A stretch of DNA of 64,000 bases. Origin: Alphaproteobacteria bacterium. Its GTDB lineage: Bacteria; Pseudomonadota; Alphaproteobacteria; JAAXGF01. The stretch covers positions 22,570 to 86,569 of the forward strand of contig CBDCME010000078.1 in assembly GCA_965218865.1 (NCBI GenBank). Reading direction: 5' to 3'. Positions 50,785-60,091 of this stretch are shown here, piece by piece. Both the position numbers and the translations under genes were made by a program. The notes under the pieces were generated by a model, which worked only from the letters and a program-made list of their open reading frames with translations, was not told the origin of the DNA and searched no databases. Numbering within the stretch: the stretch's first letter is position 1; each line of letters starts with the position of its first letter.

Positions 50785-51150
50785 TAAATAGGGTATCGGG
50801 CCCGCGCCACCAACGCAGTGAGAGCCGAAAACACGTTGGCGACGCAGGCTATCGGTGGGTATGGAATGTCGCTTCTTGGCTAGACTCGGCCGTAGGGGGC
50901 CGCGTTTGGTCACGGCCGCTTTTGTCCTAAGCAGCCGTTCGAGCCGCGTACGCCCGCTTAAAACCGGGAGGCGGAACAAGGTCGTCTCGTCTCCTCGTCG
51001 CGAACTCACCGTCGGCTCCCCGTCGCGACAGATGTAAAGCGACTGATCTCCCGCTCCGCAGCGGAAGTCCCTGTCGAATCGATTCGTAGCCAGGGCCACG
51101 GAGCGGCGTTAGATTCTCACCAGAGTCAGTTGCCTTGGTCTGGGTGGAAC

Positions 51151-52050
51151 ATGCGAGTCTTCACGGCCGTCGTGGCCACGATCGCCTTTCTCGCGGCGTT
51201 ACCATTTGGTGCGCAGAAGGTTGGTGACCGGGTCGCGCTGGTGACGCGTTCCGTCGGCATCCCCGGGCACCCCGAGCCGGGAGACAACGCGGTCAGCCTG
51301 AGGATCCCCGGCGAGGCCGTCGTCGAGGTGACGGGCCGCGACCGCGCGACCGGCTGGCTCGAGGTGACGGATGACGCGGGGAACTCCGCCTGGATTACGC
51401 GTAGGTACATCGCGTCCGTCGTCGGTGCCTCCGAGATCCCGCCGGGGCTGTGCTACCGCGTCGGCACCTGGAACCTGGAGCACTTCAAGTTCCGAAAGAC
51501 GAGCGGCTTCCCTGAGAACCGGTCCTCCGGCGGGCCAACCTACCTGCCGCGTACGCCGGACGAGGTCTCCGAGATAGCGGACGCCATCAGGACTCGCCTG
51601 GACATCAAGCTGCTCGTCCTGAACGAGATCAACGGGACCGAGTCGGGGAACCAGGCCAGGTCCGAGGAGCTGGATGCCCTCGTCGCGGACCTCGGCTCAA
51701 GTTTCCGGTACGACGTCGCCAGCTCCGGTGGGGCACAGCGAAACGCGTTCGTCTACGACACGCGGTTTGTCCAGCGGAACGGCGTCACGGAGATTGAGAT
51801 TCCGAGAAAGAAGGTCCAGGGGAAGGACATCTTCGCCCGTGACCCGCTCGTCGGGCACTTCGCGTTCAGGTATCGGGGCGAGCCGCAAAACGACCTGCTG
51901 GTCGTGGGACTGCACCTCGCGTCGGGCCAGCGCAAAACCAGGAACCACGACGAGGCGATGGGCAGCGCTACCGCAGCGAATGGCGGATCGACCCTATCCG
52001 ATTCAATGGTTTGTGATGACGGCGGTTTTCGCCAAGTGCGCTTGAATTGA
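51151..52050 (+). CDS. secreted SH3-like + endonuclease/exonuclease/phosphatase (EEP) domain protein, probably C-terminally truncated
   Basis: Signal peptide MRVFTAVVATIAFLAALPFGAQ. SH3b-like segment (GWLEVTDDAGNSAWITRRY). EEP motifs GTWNLEHF, LLVLNEI and VVGLHLAS. The expected distal GDFN/DH motifs were not seen. Confidence 0.55.
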   Translation: MRVFTAVVATIAFLAALPFGAQKVGDRVALVTRSVGIPGHPEPGDNAVSLRIPGEAVVEVTGRDRATGWLEVTDDAGNSAWITRRYIASVVGASEIPPGLCYRVGTWNLEHFKFRKTSGFPENRSSGGPTYLPRTPDEVSEIADAIRTRLDIKLLVLNEINGTESGNQARSEELDALVADLGSSFRYDVASSGGAQRNAFVYDTRFVQRNGVTEIEIPRKKVQGKDIFARDPLVGHFAFRYRGEPQNDLLVVGLHLASGQRKTRNHDEAMGSATAANGGSTLSDSMVCDDGGFRQVRLN

Positions 52051-52105
52051 GCTGAACTTGAGGCCTCTGTCTTACAGAAGGATCCCAAGAAGAATCCCTC
52101 AAAAT

Positions 52106-52414
52106 TCAATCCAGCGCCTCCCGCGCCTTCCTCAAATAATCCGGATGATGATGCCCATACAGCTCCGTTGTCCGCTCATGATTGTGGCCTAAAAAGCCAC
52201 CAATCTCCCATAGCGGAACACCCCGCTGCGCCATCCACGTCCCAGCGGTATGACGCAACGTGTGCGGGGTCACATCTTTCAGTCCCGCACGCCTACGCGC
52301 CGTCACGAACGACCGTTTGATGTCGCCAACCCGTTGACCATCGCGGTGCAACACGTACCCCATCGGACTGCCGCGCTCATGCGCTTTGAGCAGAAACCAC
52401 TTAAGTCGACGCGG
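52106..52414 (-). pseudogene. tyrosine recombinase (phage integrase) C-terminal fragment
   Basis: ...GLKDVTPHTLRHTAGTWMAQRGVPLWEIGGFLGHNHERTTELYGHHHP (HxLRH ... GH ... Y catalytic tail), fused in frame to the truncated ATPase ORF upstream. Confidence 0.75.
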
Positions 52415-53397
52415 TTGCCTGAGGCACGTCTCCATGATCGTCTCGACTCCCTCGGCGTGTTCTTTCTTATGAGAAAGAATGTGATGTCCTTCCTCGATCA
52501 CAAGGGCGTGCTTGAACGTTTCCCGCTTGCCCTCGTTCTTGCAATATTCGTAAAGCCACAGAATCACAGCCTCGGTGAAGAACACCTTGTCTGAGTCGGA
52601 AAGCGTATCCAGTTCCATCACGACAAATTTATCGAGCAGCCCGGTATCTAAACCTGTATCCGCGTTCACGACGGGGCCAAGCCCGTGGCGGAAACACAAA
52701 CTTTCCAAAACCCGGACGGCGGACGCTTTCCACAACATCATCCTTCCCACGAGATGTTTTTTCGTGATGTAGTCACGCACAGCAAAGAAGGTCGGGGTGT
52801 CGCGGAACGAACCGTCGAAGAATCCACAGTGCTCGTATACCTGGTCGATCGCTTCGCGCAAAAGATACTCAACACCTTCGCCGACGAAGTACGCATGTTT
52901 TAGAACATCGACGAGTTTCATCAACCACTGGCCTGGAGCGGTCCCCGGGGGTGGAATCAGGGGATTGAAACGCATCGGCACAACGTCGGTTCCTACCGTG
53001 AACACGGCCATGGTTTTGAATTCCGGCAACTGACGGAGGTCCCGGTAATTTCGTTTCCAATCAAAAACGACAAACGGTTTGTTGTGTCGTCGGAGCTCGC
53101 GCAGGGTTTGGAACATGAGATTCGTTTTTCCGGTTCCGGTCATCCCCGTGATCAGGACATGCTTGATCCATTCCTCCTCACGTAAACCGAAACGGCAGTA
53201 TCGATTTCCCGGGGGATAGATCACGGTTCCAAGTCGGTAAATTCCTTCACAAACGGAAGGCGGCGGTGGATCGAGAAAAATCCGTTTGCGATAATCCTTG
53301 CGAATTTTCTGAAACGCCAACACGTCGATCAGATCGGAAGCGAGGTCACGTTCTTCGCCTTCGCCGGAAAGATAATAGAGCCAACTACGCCAGGCTA
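52415..53397 (-). pseudogene. P-loop NTPase (HerA/FtsK-like, DUF87-type), split by IS630b copy 2 and 3-prime truncated
   Basis: Walker A ITGMTGTGKTN and Walker B ALVIEEGHH. The first 20 codons MTNRDTEENLRKLVPIDPKL are at 54512-54571 and join in frame across the IS once one TA is removed. The ORF runs directly into the integrase tail. Confidence 0.6.
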
Positions 53398-54511
53398 TTA
53401 ATATCCTAATATGATACCTGACGATCAGGCGGCGTATTTGACGGGGTGGGGCCGGAAGTAACCGCGCACTCGATCCGATGAACGCTGAATTGCGCACAAG
53501 ACGGCGCGGGTATTCTTGTCCAGTTCGTCCTTGGTGCCGGGCTGCGGCTTTTGGCGCAACTTCTGCTTGACATCGTTGTTCAAGTATTCGTCCGGGTTGC
53601 ACTCGGGGGCCGGGAGGTAGAACAGCTCGATCTCGTGGCGATGGCTCAGAGTCCAGGCCTTGACCCACTTGGCGTGGTGCACCTTCAGGTTATCTATGAT
53701 CAGGAACACCTTCTGCTTTGCGTCCTTGATCAGCCGCCGCAGGAAGATGATGAAGCGATCGACGTTAAGCGCCCCATCATACAGCATGAAGCGCATCAGG
53801 GCGCGGTTGGAGACGGCCGAAATCATGCTCTTGGAGATCTTCTTGGCGGTCCGGCCAACCACCGGCGTCTGGCCTCTTGGGGCATAACTGCGGCCGATCT
53901 GGTCTTGGTTGGAGATGCCGGTCTCGTCGCCCCAGTAGACGACGGCTCTCTCTCGCTTGGCGCGCCCGGCGATCGCCGGGTAGTCGCGCTCCAACCAGGC
54001 GGCCACGGCGGCGGGCGAGCGTTGTTTGGCGCGCGCCAGCGGCTTTTGCGGGGTCATGCCCCAGCGCTTCAGGTAGAGCTGGACGGTCGACAGGCCAAGG
54101 CGCTTGCCCAACCGGCGCTCGATCAACTCGCGCACCGCACGGGACGTCCACAATGCAAACGGCAGTTTGAGCTGATCGGGCGTCTTGTCGGCGATCCAGC
54201 GGCGGACTTGCCGGCCCTCCTCGGTGGTCAGCGCCCCCTTGCCCTTGCGTCCGGAAACCCGACGACCATCCAGGAGGCCGTCCTCGCCCCGTTCGCGATA
54301 CCGCTTGAGCCAGATGTTGACCGTCTGCCGCTGCACGCCAACAACCCTGGCCGCCTCGGCCCGGCTCGATCCACCCTGCTCGACAAGCACGATCGCCCGA
54401 CGCCGGAGTTCCTCCTGCGCCGCCCGACCAATGCCACGAAAGTCACGCGCTTCCATGCACCATGTATAGCACAGTCCGATCAATATGTCAGGTATTATTT
54501 TGTGATATTAG
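53398..54511 (-). mobile_element. IS630-family element type b, copy 2
   Basis: Same TIRs as 34505-35618 (one mismatch each), flanked by TA at 53396-53397 and 54512-54513. Confidence 0.85.
53425..54483 (-). CDS. IS630-family transposase (single ORF)
   Basis: 352 aa, one substitution relative to 34533-35591. Confidence 0.9.
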   Translation of the reverse strand: MIGLCYTWCMEARDFRGIGRAAQEELRRRAIVLVEQGGSSRAEAARVVGVQRQTVNIWLKRYRERGEDGLLDGRRVSGRKGKGALTTEEGRQVRRWIADKTPDQLKLPFALWTSRAVRELIERRLGKRLGLSTVQLYLKRWGMTPQKPLARAKQRSPAAVAAWLERDYPAIAGRAKRERAVVYWGDETGISNQDQIGRSYAPRGQTPVVGRTAKKISKSMISAVSNRALMRFMLYDGALNVDRFIIFLRRLIKDAKQKVFLIIDNLKVHHAKWVKAWTLSHRHEIELFYLPAPECNPDEYLNNDVKQKLRQKPQPGTKDELDKNTRAVLCAIQRSSDRVRGYFRPHPVKYAA

Positions 54512-54640
54512 TAACTTCGGGTCGATGGGAACGAGTTTCCTCAAATTTTCTTCGGTGTCGCGATTGGTCATATGGATTTGGCACAATGACGAAGATCGGA
54601 TCGCTGTCCGGTTCCATCATGTCCTGTGTCCCGTGAAAAG

Positions 54641-55327
54641 CTACGCAACGTCCCTCAGCCGTGACTCCGCGACAGCGATGAACTCCTTCTTCAGTTCAAT
54701 GCCGATGTACTTTCTTCCAAGCAACTTTGCAGCCACGGCCGTGCTGCCTGATCCGAGGAACGGGTCCAAAATGACATCGCCCTCGTTTGTTGAGTTTCGA
54801 ATCAGAATCTTCAGCAGATCGATCGGCTTTTCGTGCGGGTGTCGTTTTTTATAAATCCGCTTTACGGAAATGACGTTGCCGACGTTCGTAAGGTGGAACG
54901 AATTCGGCAGACCTTTTGAAAAAAGAACGATGTATTCCGACTGGGGACGGTATCCGCGCCCGGTGCCAAAATGAACTTTATCCCAGCAAATCACGTTGAC
55001 GAGCTTAAAGCTCGCGAGCTCGATGCAATCTATCATGTTCCGCAGCTGCATCCAGTCGGTGAAGCAATAGAAATGGCCGCCGATCCTGCAAAGCCGATAA
55101 AGCTCGCAACAGATGGGCTTCATGACAATTCGGAATGCCCGTTCGCTGAGATCGTCGTAATGGATCAGATTCTCTGTCTGACGAAATCGACTCCCCCGGC
55201 TTTTGTTTCGCAGACCCGAGTAAGGCGGATCGGTGATGATGCAGTCCATCGAGTTGTCTCGAAACTGGCGTAGGATCCCAAGACAATCGCCGTGGTAAAT
55301 CTTATTCCCGCTCCCCATGGCGATCAC
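54641..55327 (-). CDS. DNA methyltransferase, beta-class (probably N6-adenine)
   Basis: 228 aa. Motif IV ITDPPYSG lies near the N-terminus and motif I VILDPFLGSGSTAVAA near the C-terminus. HPHEKPIDLL also present. Confidence 0.8.
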   Translation of the reverse strand: MIAMGSGNKIYHGDCLGILRQFRDNSMDCIITDPPYSGLRNKSRGSRFRQTENLIHYDDLSERAFRIVMKPICCELYRLCRIGGHFYCFTDWMQLRNMIDCIELASFKLVNVICWDKVHFGTGRGYRPQSEYIVLFSKGLPNSFHLTNVGNVISVKRIYKKRHPHEKPIDLLKILIRNSTNEGDVILDPFLGSGSTAVAAKLLGRKYIGIELKKEFIAVAESRLRDVA

Positions 55328-55622
55328 GCTTTTTTAGCAAACGTCGCTGCAACCCGAGGATTTCCTTGAAGCACGAAATCTCCTCGATCAGCTGGCACCG
55401 TTTGTTGTCTTTAAGCCTTACCAGCAGCTTCGCTGATTCCGCCTCAAGCCTCCTCAATTCCCGGGCGCGCAAACGCTCGCGTTTTCGAATGAGGTAGGAG
55501 ATGGTTTCGCGCAACTCGACGTCGGTTGCCTGAATCAATCGGAAAAATTCGGCGGCTATTTCCTTATTTTGAGATTCGTGTTGTTCCAAAAAATCCTCAA
55601 AGTGTTCCTCTCTTTCTTTCAC
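55302..55622 (-). CDS. hypothetical coiled-coil protein
   Basis: 106-aa highly charged ORF (Glu/Arg/Lys-rich heptad-like sequence). Overlaps the methyltransferase start by 26 nt. Confidence 0.45.
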   Translation of the reverse strand: MKEREEHFEDFLEQHESQNKEIAAEFFRLIQATDVELRETISYLIRKRERLRARELRRLEAESAKLLVRLKDNKRCQLIEEISCFKEILGLQRRLLKKRDRHGERE

Positions 55623-55690
55623 ATCCTCTCAAAAACTCGTTGCCAAATTTAAGGTTTGTAGTGCACGTAGGATGTGATCATATCGAATAT

Positions 55691-56723
55691 AAGGCTTATC
55701 CCGTTGGCTCCGGTGAGATCAACATTTTGTAGGTTGCGGGTTGGATTTGGGTGGCGATGCCGAGCAGGGATCGGAAAGCGGCGGGACGTGTTCGGCGTCG
55801 GTTGAAGCGGAAGACGAACTCCTCGAGGTAGGACTGCAGGTGTTTCGTTCGCAATCCGTGGTAGACACCCAGCGCCCAGGTTTTCAGGTTGGAAAAGATG
55901 CGGTGAACCCAAGGCAAAACAAGATGAGCCGCCATTGGGCCGATGACATGGGGGTCATGGTTGACACCGGAAGAATTGGTGTAGCCGGACCAGCCGTCGG
56001 TTTTGGCGGTGCTGTCGGGGGCGAGGTTGACGACCATGAATGCTAGCAGGCTCGTGGCGGAGAAATCGTCAATGCTGGCAAGGCGGATGCGACCCGGCCT
56101 CTCATCGACGACCTCGACAGCGCCGGCGATGAGCAGCTTGCCCATGTGGCTACGGCCACAGCCGCCAGCGGGGGGATCATTCTTGGTCCGATGGTGGATC
56201 GTGGTTTCGTCGATTTTCACCAGGTCGGACAAGGGGGAGCGTTTGGGATCGACCATGGCGCGGCGTAACTTGGCACACAGCAGCCACGCCGTCTTATACG
56301 AACCGAGACCCAGTTGTCGCCAAAGCTGGAAAGCGGAAATCCCGTTCGAATGGGTTGCCATCAGGTAATCGGCCCAAAACCAGATTGTCAGCCCAAGCTT
56401 GCTCCCGTGCATGACGGTCCCCGCCTTGACGGAGGTTTGCCGGGCGCAGTGGTGACACTCATACGTCCAGGGCTTGGATTCCAGGCGCCAGGCCCGCCCA
56501 TGACCGCATGCCGGACAGCAAAACCCATCCGGCCAGCGCACATCAGCGAGATAGACGGCGCAGGCCGTCTCGTCTGGGAAACGCCGCTGAAAAGCAATGA
56601 GCGAGCGCGGAAAATCGGACATGGTGGCACCTTCGAGGCTGAATGTTCTTTGTTTGTTCCTGCCATGCCCCGCGCCTCATGTCATCAACATATGGTGTCC
56701 CCGGAACCATCGGGATAATCCTT
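55691..56723 (-). mobile_element. IS1595-family element (copy 3), intact, 1033 bp
   Basis: TIRs AAGGCTTATCCCG... and ...CGGGATAATCCTT. Perfect 8-bp target duplication TCGAATAT at 55683-55690 and 56724-56731. Confidence 0.85.
55696..56622 (-). CDS. IS1595-family (ISXO2-like) transposase
   Basis: 308-aa intact ORF: Zn-ribbon CPACGHGR...CHHCARQ, then ...FQLWRQLGLGSYKTAWLLCAKLRRAM...YLEEFVFRFNRR. Confidence 0.85.
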   Translation of the reverse strand: MSDFPRSLIAFQRRFPDETACAVYLADVRWPDGFCCPACGHGRAWRLESKPWTYECHHCARQTSVKAGTVMHGSKLGLTIWFWADYLMATHSNGISAFQLWRQLGLGSYKTAWLLCAKLRRAMVDPKRSPLSDLVKIDETTIHHRTKNDPPAGGCGRSHMGKLLIAGAVEVVDERPGRIRLASIDDFSATSLLAFMVVNLAPDSTAKTDGWSGYTNSSGVNHDPHVIGPMAAHLVLPWVHRIFSNLKTWALGVYHGLRTKHLQSYLEEFVFRFNRRRTRPAAFRSLLGIATQIQPATYKMLISPEPTG

Positions 56724-56912
56724 TCGAATATATCTTTTTCTTTCGGCTCAGATCAAAGCAGAACTTGGCAATGAAAAGCTTTTATTGAAACGATATCGCC
56801 GCGTCGCTATCATAAAGATCTAATTTTTTCGTTCTAGAAGCGACTTTATTTATTAACACATGTCCGAATTCGAGCAAAAACTTTTTATATCGCTAAAATA
56901 ATCGCTCACGAT

Positions 56913-57518
56913 ATGATCCATAAATTCCTTTATTGGTGCGGCCTGTACGAGAAACTGAAACATCGTGCGCTGTGCCTCGATGTCGAGACGACCGGCATAA
57001 ACGGGCAAATCTGCGTCATTGGCCTTTACCGCTCGAGGGACTGGCCGATGGAGCATGAGAGCTACGTGCTGGGGCGCAATTTGTCCGAGCCCGCATTGCA
57101 AACCGCGTTTCACGGATGCGCGATGCTTATCACCTTCAATGGACGATTTTTCGATGTGCCCCGGCTCAGGCGGGAATTTTCAACAGCGATTCCGCCCAAA
57201 ATGCCAATCATCGACCTCTACCTCTTTGCCAAAGAGCTGAATATGAAGGCCGGTTTAAAAGTGTTGGAGGCAATATTCCGGATCGAACGAGCTGATAGCC
57301 GATTGCAGCGACGAGGCATAGCCGTGAAACTGTGGCGGCGCTACGAAAGTTACGGTGATCTCACCGCGCTTGACCGGCTGCTCGCCTACAATCGGGAAGA
57401 TACGATCAACCTTTATCCCCTGGCGGAGGAATTGGTTTCGCTTGCGAGGATAGCCGCAGGCAATTCACATCCAACACCGATCATCACGCAGGGTTGGAAC
57501 GGAGTGAATCCGCCTTGA
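56913..57518 (+). CDS. RNase H-fold 3-prime-5-prime exonuclease-like protein (YprB-type)
   Basis: 201 aa with DEDD-like motifs LDVETTG, FNGRFFDVPRL and YNREDTINL. Confidence 0.6.
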   Translation: MIHKFLYWCGLYEKLKHRALCLDVETTGINGQICVIGLYRSRDWPMEHESYVLGRNLSEPALQTAFHGCAMLITFNGRFFDVPRLRREFSTAIPPKMPIIDLYLFAKELNMKAGLKVLEAIFRIERADSRLQRRGIAVKLWRRYESYGDLTALDRLLAYNREDTINLYPLAEELVSLARIAAGNSHPTPIITQGWNGVNPP

Positions 57519-57697
57519 TTTGCACCCGCGAATGACCAATGGAATGACACAATGGCGGTCGTTCTTCAAAATGCTTGACGCCTCATCGCGACGATCACCG
57601 GCACGGTGGAGTCGGCTATGAGAGTGATATTAACAGGTGCCCACCGTCAGGCCCACGCCTCGGGTCGCATCGGGACGACAACGCAGGCGGGCGGCCG

Positions 57698-58309
57698 CTA
57701 GCGGATCGAATCGGGAAACGTCTCGGTCAGCTCTTCCAGACGGCCTTTGGCATCCCGAAGTATGGACTCGCCGTCGCCGACAAGGAGGGTGTCGAAGTCG
57801 AGGTCCAAGAGCGTGCGCACGCTGCTCCGCAGGCGAGCCGGGTTATCCATTACGCGTTCCGGCAAAAGCCCGCACCGGCCCGGCGGGTTGCCGATGATCG
57901 CGTCGCCGACGATCAAGATCCCGCGGTCGCGCCAAAACAATGTCACCTCCCCTGGTGACTTTCCCGCCGCACCGATGACCTCCAACGGCCCAATCTGGTC
58001 TCCGACGGTCAAGTAGTCGTCGATATCCGTATCCTGGCTTCGGGCACGATCCGCATCGTCGGCGTGGATGGCCGTTTGCGCACCCGTTCGCGCCCGTACC
58101 CGGTTGGCCGCTCGCGAATGATTGCGGTTGGTCAGAAGAATCCGGGTGACGCCTTCGCGGACGATGGTTTCGAGGTCACCCTCAGTCGGCTCGACAGGAT
58201 CAACACAGATGTTGCCGCCGGGATCGCGAATAATATGGCCGTTGAAGTCATATCCGTGAGGTTCCGAAAACCACGACCACGTCAGGATACCGTTGACAAT
58301 CTCCCGCAT
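57698..58309 (-). CDS. metallo-beta-lactamase-fold hydrolase
   Basis: 203 aa with an MBL-like pattern (...ILLTNRNHSRA...IHADD...LFWRDRGILIVGDA...). Confidence 0.6.
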   Translation of the reverse strand: MREIVNGILTWSWFSEPHGYDFNGHIIRDPGGNICVDPVEPTEGDLETIVREGVTRILLTNRNHSRAANRVRARTGAQTAIHADDADRARSQDTDIDDYLTVGDQIGPLEVIGAAGKSPGEVTLFWRDRGILIVGDAIIGNPPGRCGLLPERVMDNPARLRSSVRTLLDLDFDTLLVGDGESILRDAKGRLEELTETFPDSIR

Positions 58310-58499
58310 GCCTCGCTCCGTTGCTCATCTTCAGCCAGGAGAACGCTACCACGTTCCAGACAGTGGCAGAAGGCTTCGCTCGTGGACGACAAACGTACTA
58401 TCATCATTTCCGGCACCCGAACCCGGAATGAGCCAGGGCCGTTGAAATGGCTGGAAAGCACGAAACCGTCTTTGCGGCGACGGCTAACGGGGGCAGGCC

Positions 58500-59198
58500 A
58501 TGAACAAGCGCGTCTCAGCGATTCGCCATGTGCATTTCGAGGACCTCGGCCTGCTCGCTTCTATACTAGAGGCGCGAGGTTTTGAGATCCTCTATCAAGA
58601 CGCATGGGCCGCTGACTTTCAAAGCGGGGCCGACGCCGATCTGCTCGTTATTCTTGGTGGTCCGATCAGCGTCAACGACATCGTCAACTATCCGCTTCTC
58701 AAAAAAGAGATCGCCCTGGCGTCGAGAAGAATTGCGAAAGACCAGCCGACCCTCGGCTTATGTCTTGGCGCACAGATCATGACGAAGGCCATCGGAGGAA
58801 CCGTAGGCCCGGGCCCCGAGAAGGAGATTGGCTGGATGCCGCTGCAACTGACTACGGCAGGAGCAATCTCGCCGCTTGCACAGTTGCAGAACGTTCGTGT
58901 GCTGCATTGGCATGGAGAAGTTTGTAATCTACCACAAGGTATCCCTTCTCTCGCCAGCACGGCCGCCTGTCGGAACCAAGCGTTTAGCATCGGCGAAAAG
59001 TGCCTAGCACTCCAGTTTCATGCAGAGGTCGGAACAGACGGAATCGAGCCTTGGCTCATCGGCCATACGCTTGAAATCGAGTCCACCAAGGGGGTGACGG
59101 TCAGTCAGCTTCGTACGGATACCGCGCGGTTTGGATCGGCGCTCGGAAAAGCCGGAACGCGTTTCTTTCAAGCTTGGCTCGACGGCATCGGCCTGTAA
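58500..59198 (+). CDS. class I glutamine amidotransferase-like protein
   Basis: 232 aa with nucleophile elbow LGLCLGAQIM and a distal HWHGE / FHAE pattern. Confidence 0.7.
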   Translation: MNKRVSAIRHVHFEDLGLLASILEARGFEILYQDAWAADFQSGADADLLVILGGPISVNDIVNYPLLKKEIALASRRIAKDQPTLGLCLGAQIMTKAIGGTVGPGPEKEIGWMPLQLTTAGAISPLAQLQNVRVLHWHGEVCNLPQGIPSLASTAACRNQAFSIGEKCLALQFHAEVGTDGIEPWLIGHTLEIESTKGVTVSQLRTDTARFGSALGKAGTRFFQAWLDGIGL

Positions 59199-59252
59199 TA
59201 ACGGACTTATCGGTTTTGGAACTCGCAAGCAGTCGCCGTGGCAGTCCGAGGA

Positions 59253-59681
59253 TCACTTTCTCCGTTTTCGCTTCGGCCCGCGCTTTTTGCCAAGCCCAAT
59301 CTTCTTGGCCAATGCACTGCGAACAGCAGCGTAGTTGGGAGCCACCATCGGGTAATCTTCAGATAACCCCCACCGCTCGCGATATTCCGCCGTTGTCATG
59401 CCAAAAGCCGTCCGCAGGTGCCGTTTCAGCATTTTGAGTTTCTTTCCATCCTCCAGACAAATGAGATAGTCGGACGTGATCGACTTTTTGATCGGCACGG
59501 CCGGTGCAGGCCGTTCTTCGGTTTCTCGTTCCGATCCCAATCTTGCCAACGCGGTGTACACATCGGAAATAAGCTTCGGCATGTCGGAAACGGTCACAGC
59601 GTTAATGACGACGTGTGCACTGACGATCTGAGTGACCAGCGACAACACGTTCGGAGACCTCGGCTCGTTTGTCATGAGCAT
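59253..59681 (-). CDS. MucR/Ros-family zinc-finger transcriptional regulator
   Basis: 142 aa: ...ITSDYLICLEDGKKLKMLKRHLRTAFGMTTAEYRERWGLSEDYPMVAPNYA... Confidence 0.85.
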   Translation of the reverse strand: MLMTNEPRSPNVLSLVTQIVSAHVVINAVTVSDMPKLISDVYTALARLGSERETEERPAPAVPIKKSITSDYLICLEDGKKLKMLKRHLRTAFGMTTAEYRERWGLSEDYPMVAPNYAAVRSALAKKIGLGKKRGPKRKRRK

Positions 59682-59715
59682 CCCCCTGTTTGGTTTTGAA
59701 CAACGCGCCCCTAAT

Positions 59716-60000
59716 TTAACACCCAGCCGCCGCCCTGAGGTTGCTTGCCGGCTTGAACTTCAGGCTCTTGGACGCCTTGATCTTGATCGCATCACCCGTC
59801 CGGGGATTGCGTCCCATGCGCGCCTTTCGTTTGATAATCGAAAACGTGCCAAGCGTCCCGATCATATAAGACCCCTCTTTCTTCGAAGCCTTCAGACCAG
59901 CCTCGATTTCCCCGAAGACCAGTTCGACAACGCCCTTGGCTTCGGCCTTGCTGAGACTCCCCTTCTTCGCCACTCGATCGATAAAGGCTGTCTTGCTCAT
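59716..60000 (-). CDS. HU/IHF-family DNA-binding protein
   Basis: 94 aa: MSKTAFIDRVAKK...GTFSIIKRKARMGRNPRTGDAIKIKASKSLKFKP. Confidence 0.85.
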   Translation of the reverse strand: MSKTAFIDRVAKKGSLSKAEAKGVVELVFGEIEAGLKASKKEGSYMIGTLGTFSIIKRKARMGRNPRTGDAIKIKASKSLKFKPASNLRAAAGC

Positions 60001-60091
60001 GATAATCCCCCTTCATCCAAAGTGCGCCTATGCCCCTGTTACATCGATTCGCACGGCAAGGTAAGCTTCATTTGTCCATAAGAGCACAATG

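Noticed and set aside
50788-51150. The GC-rich non-coding stretch after IS630a copy E as a structured ncRNA (tmRNA, retron msr/msd or group II intron fragment).
   Set aside because: I found no tag-peptide frame, no adjacent reverse transcriptase and no recognisable conserved motifs. It is left unassigned.
34505-54511. The inverted IS630b pair as ends of a composite transposon carrying the catabolic cluster.
   Set aside because: The two halves of the ATPase gene flank copy 2 itself and rejoin in frame, so copy 2 is a simple insertion. The TA flanks are uninformative.
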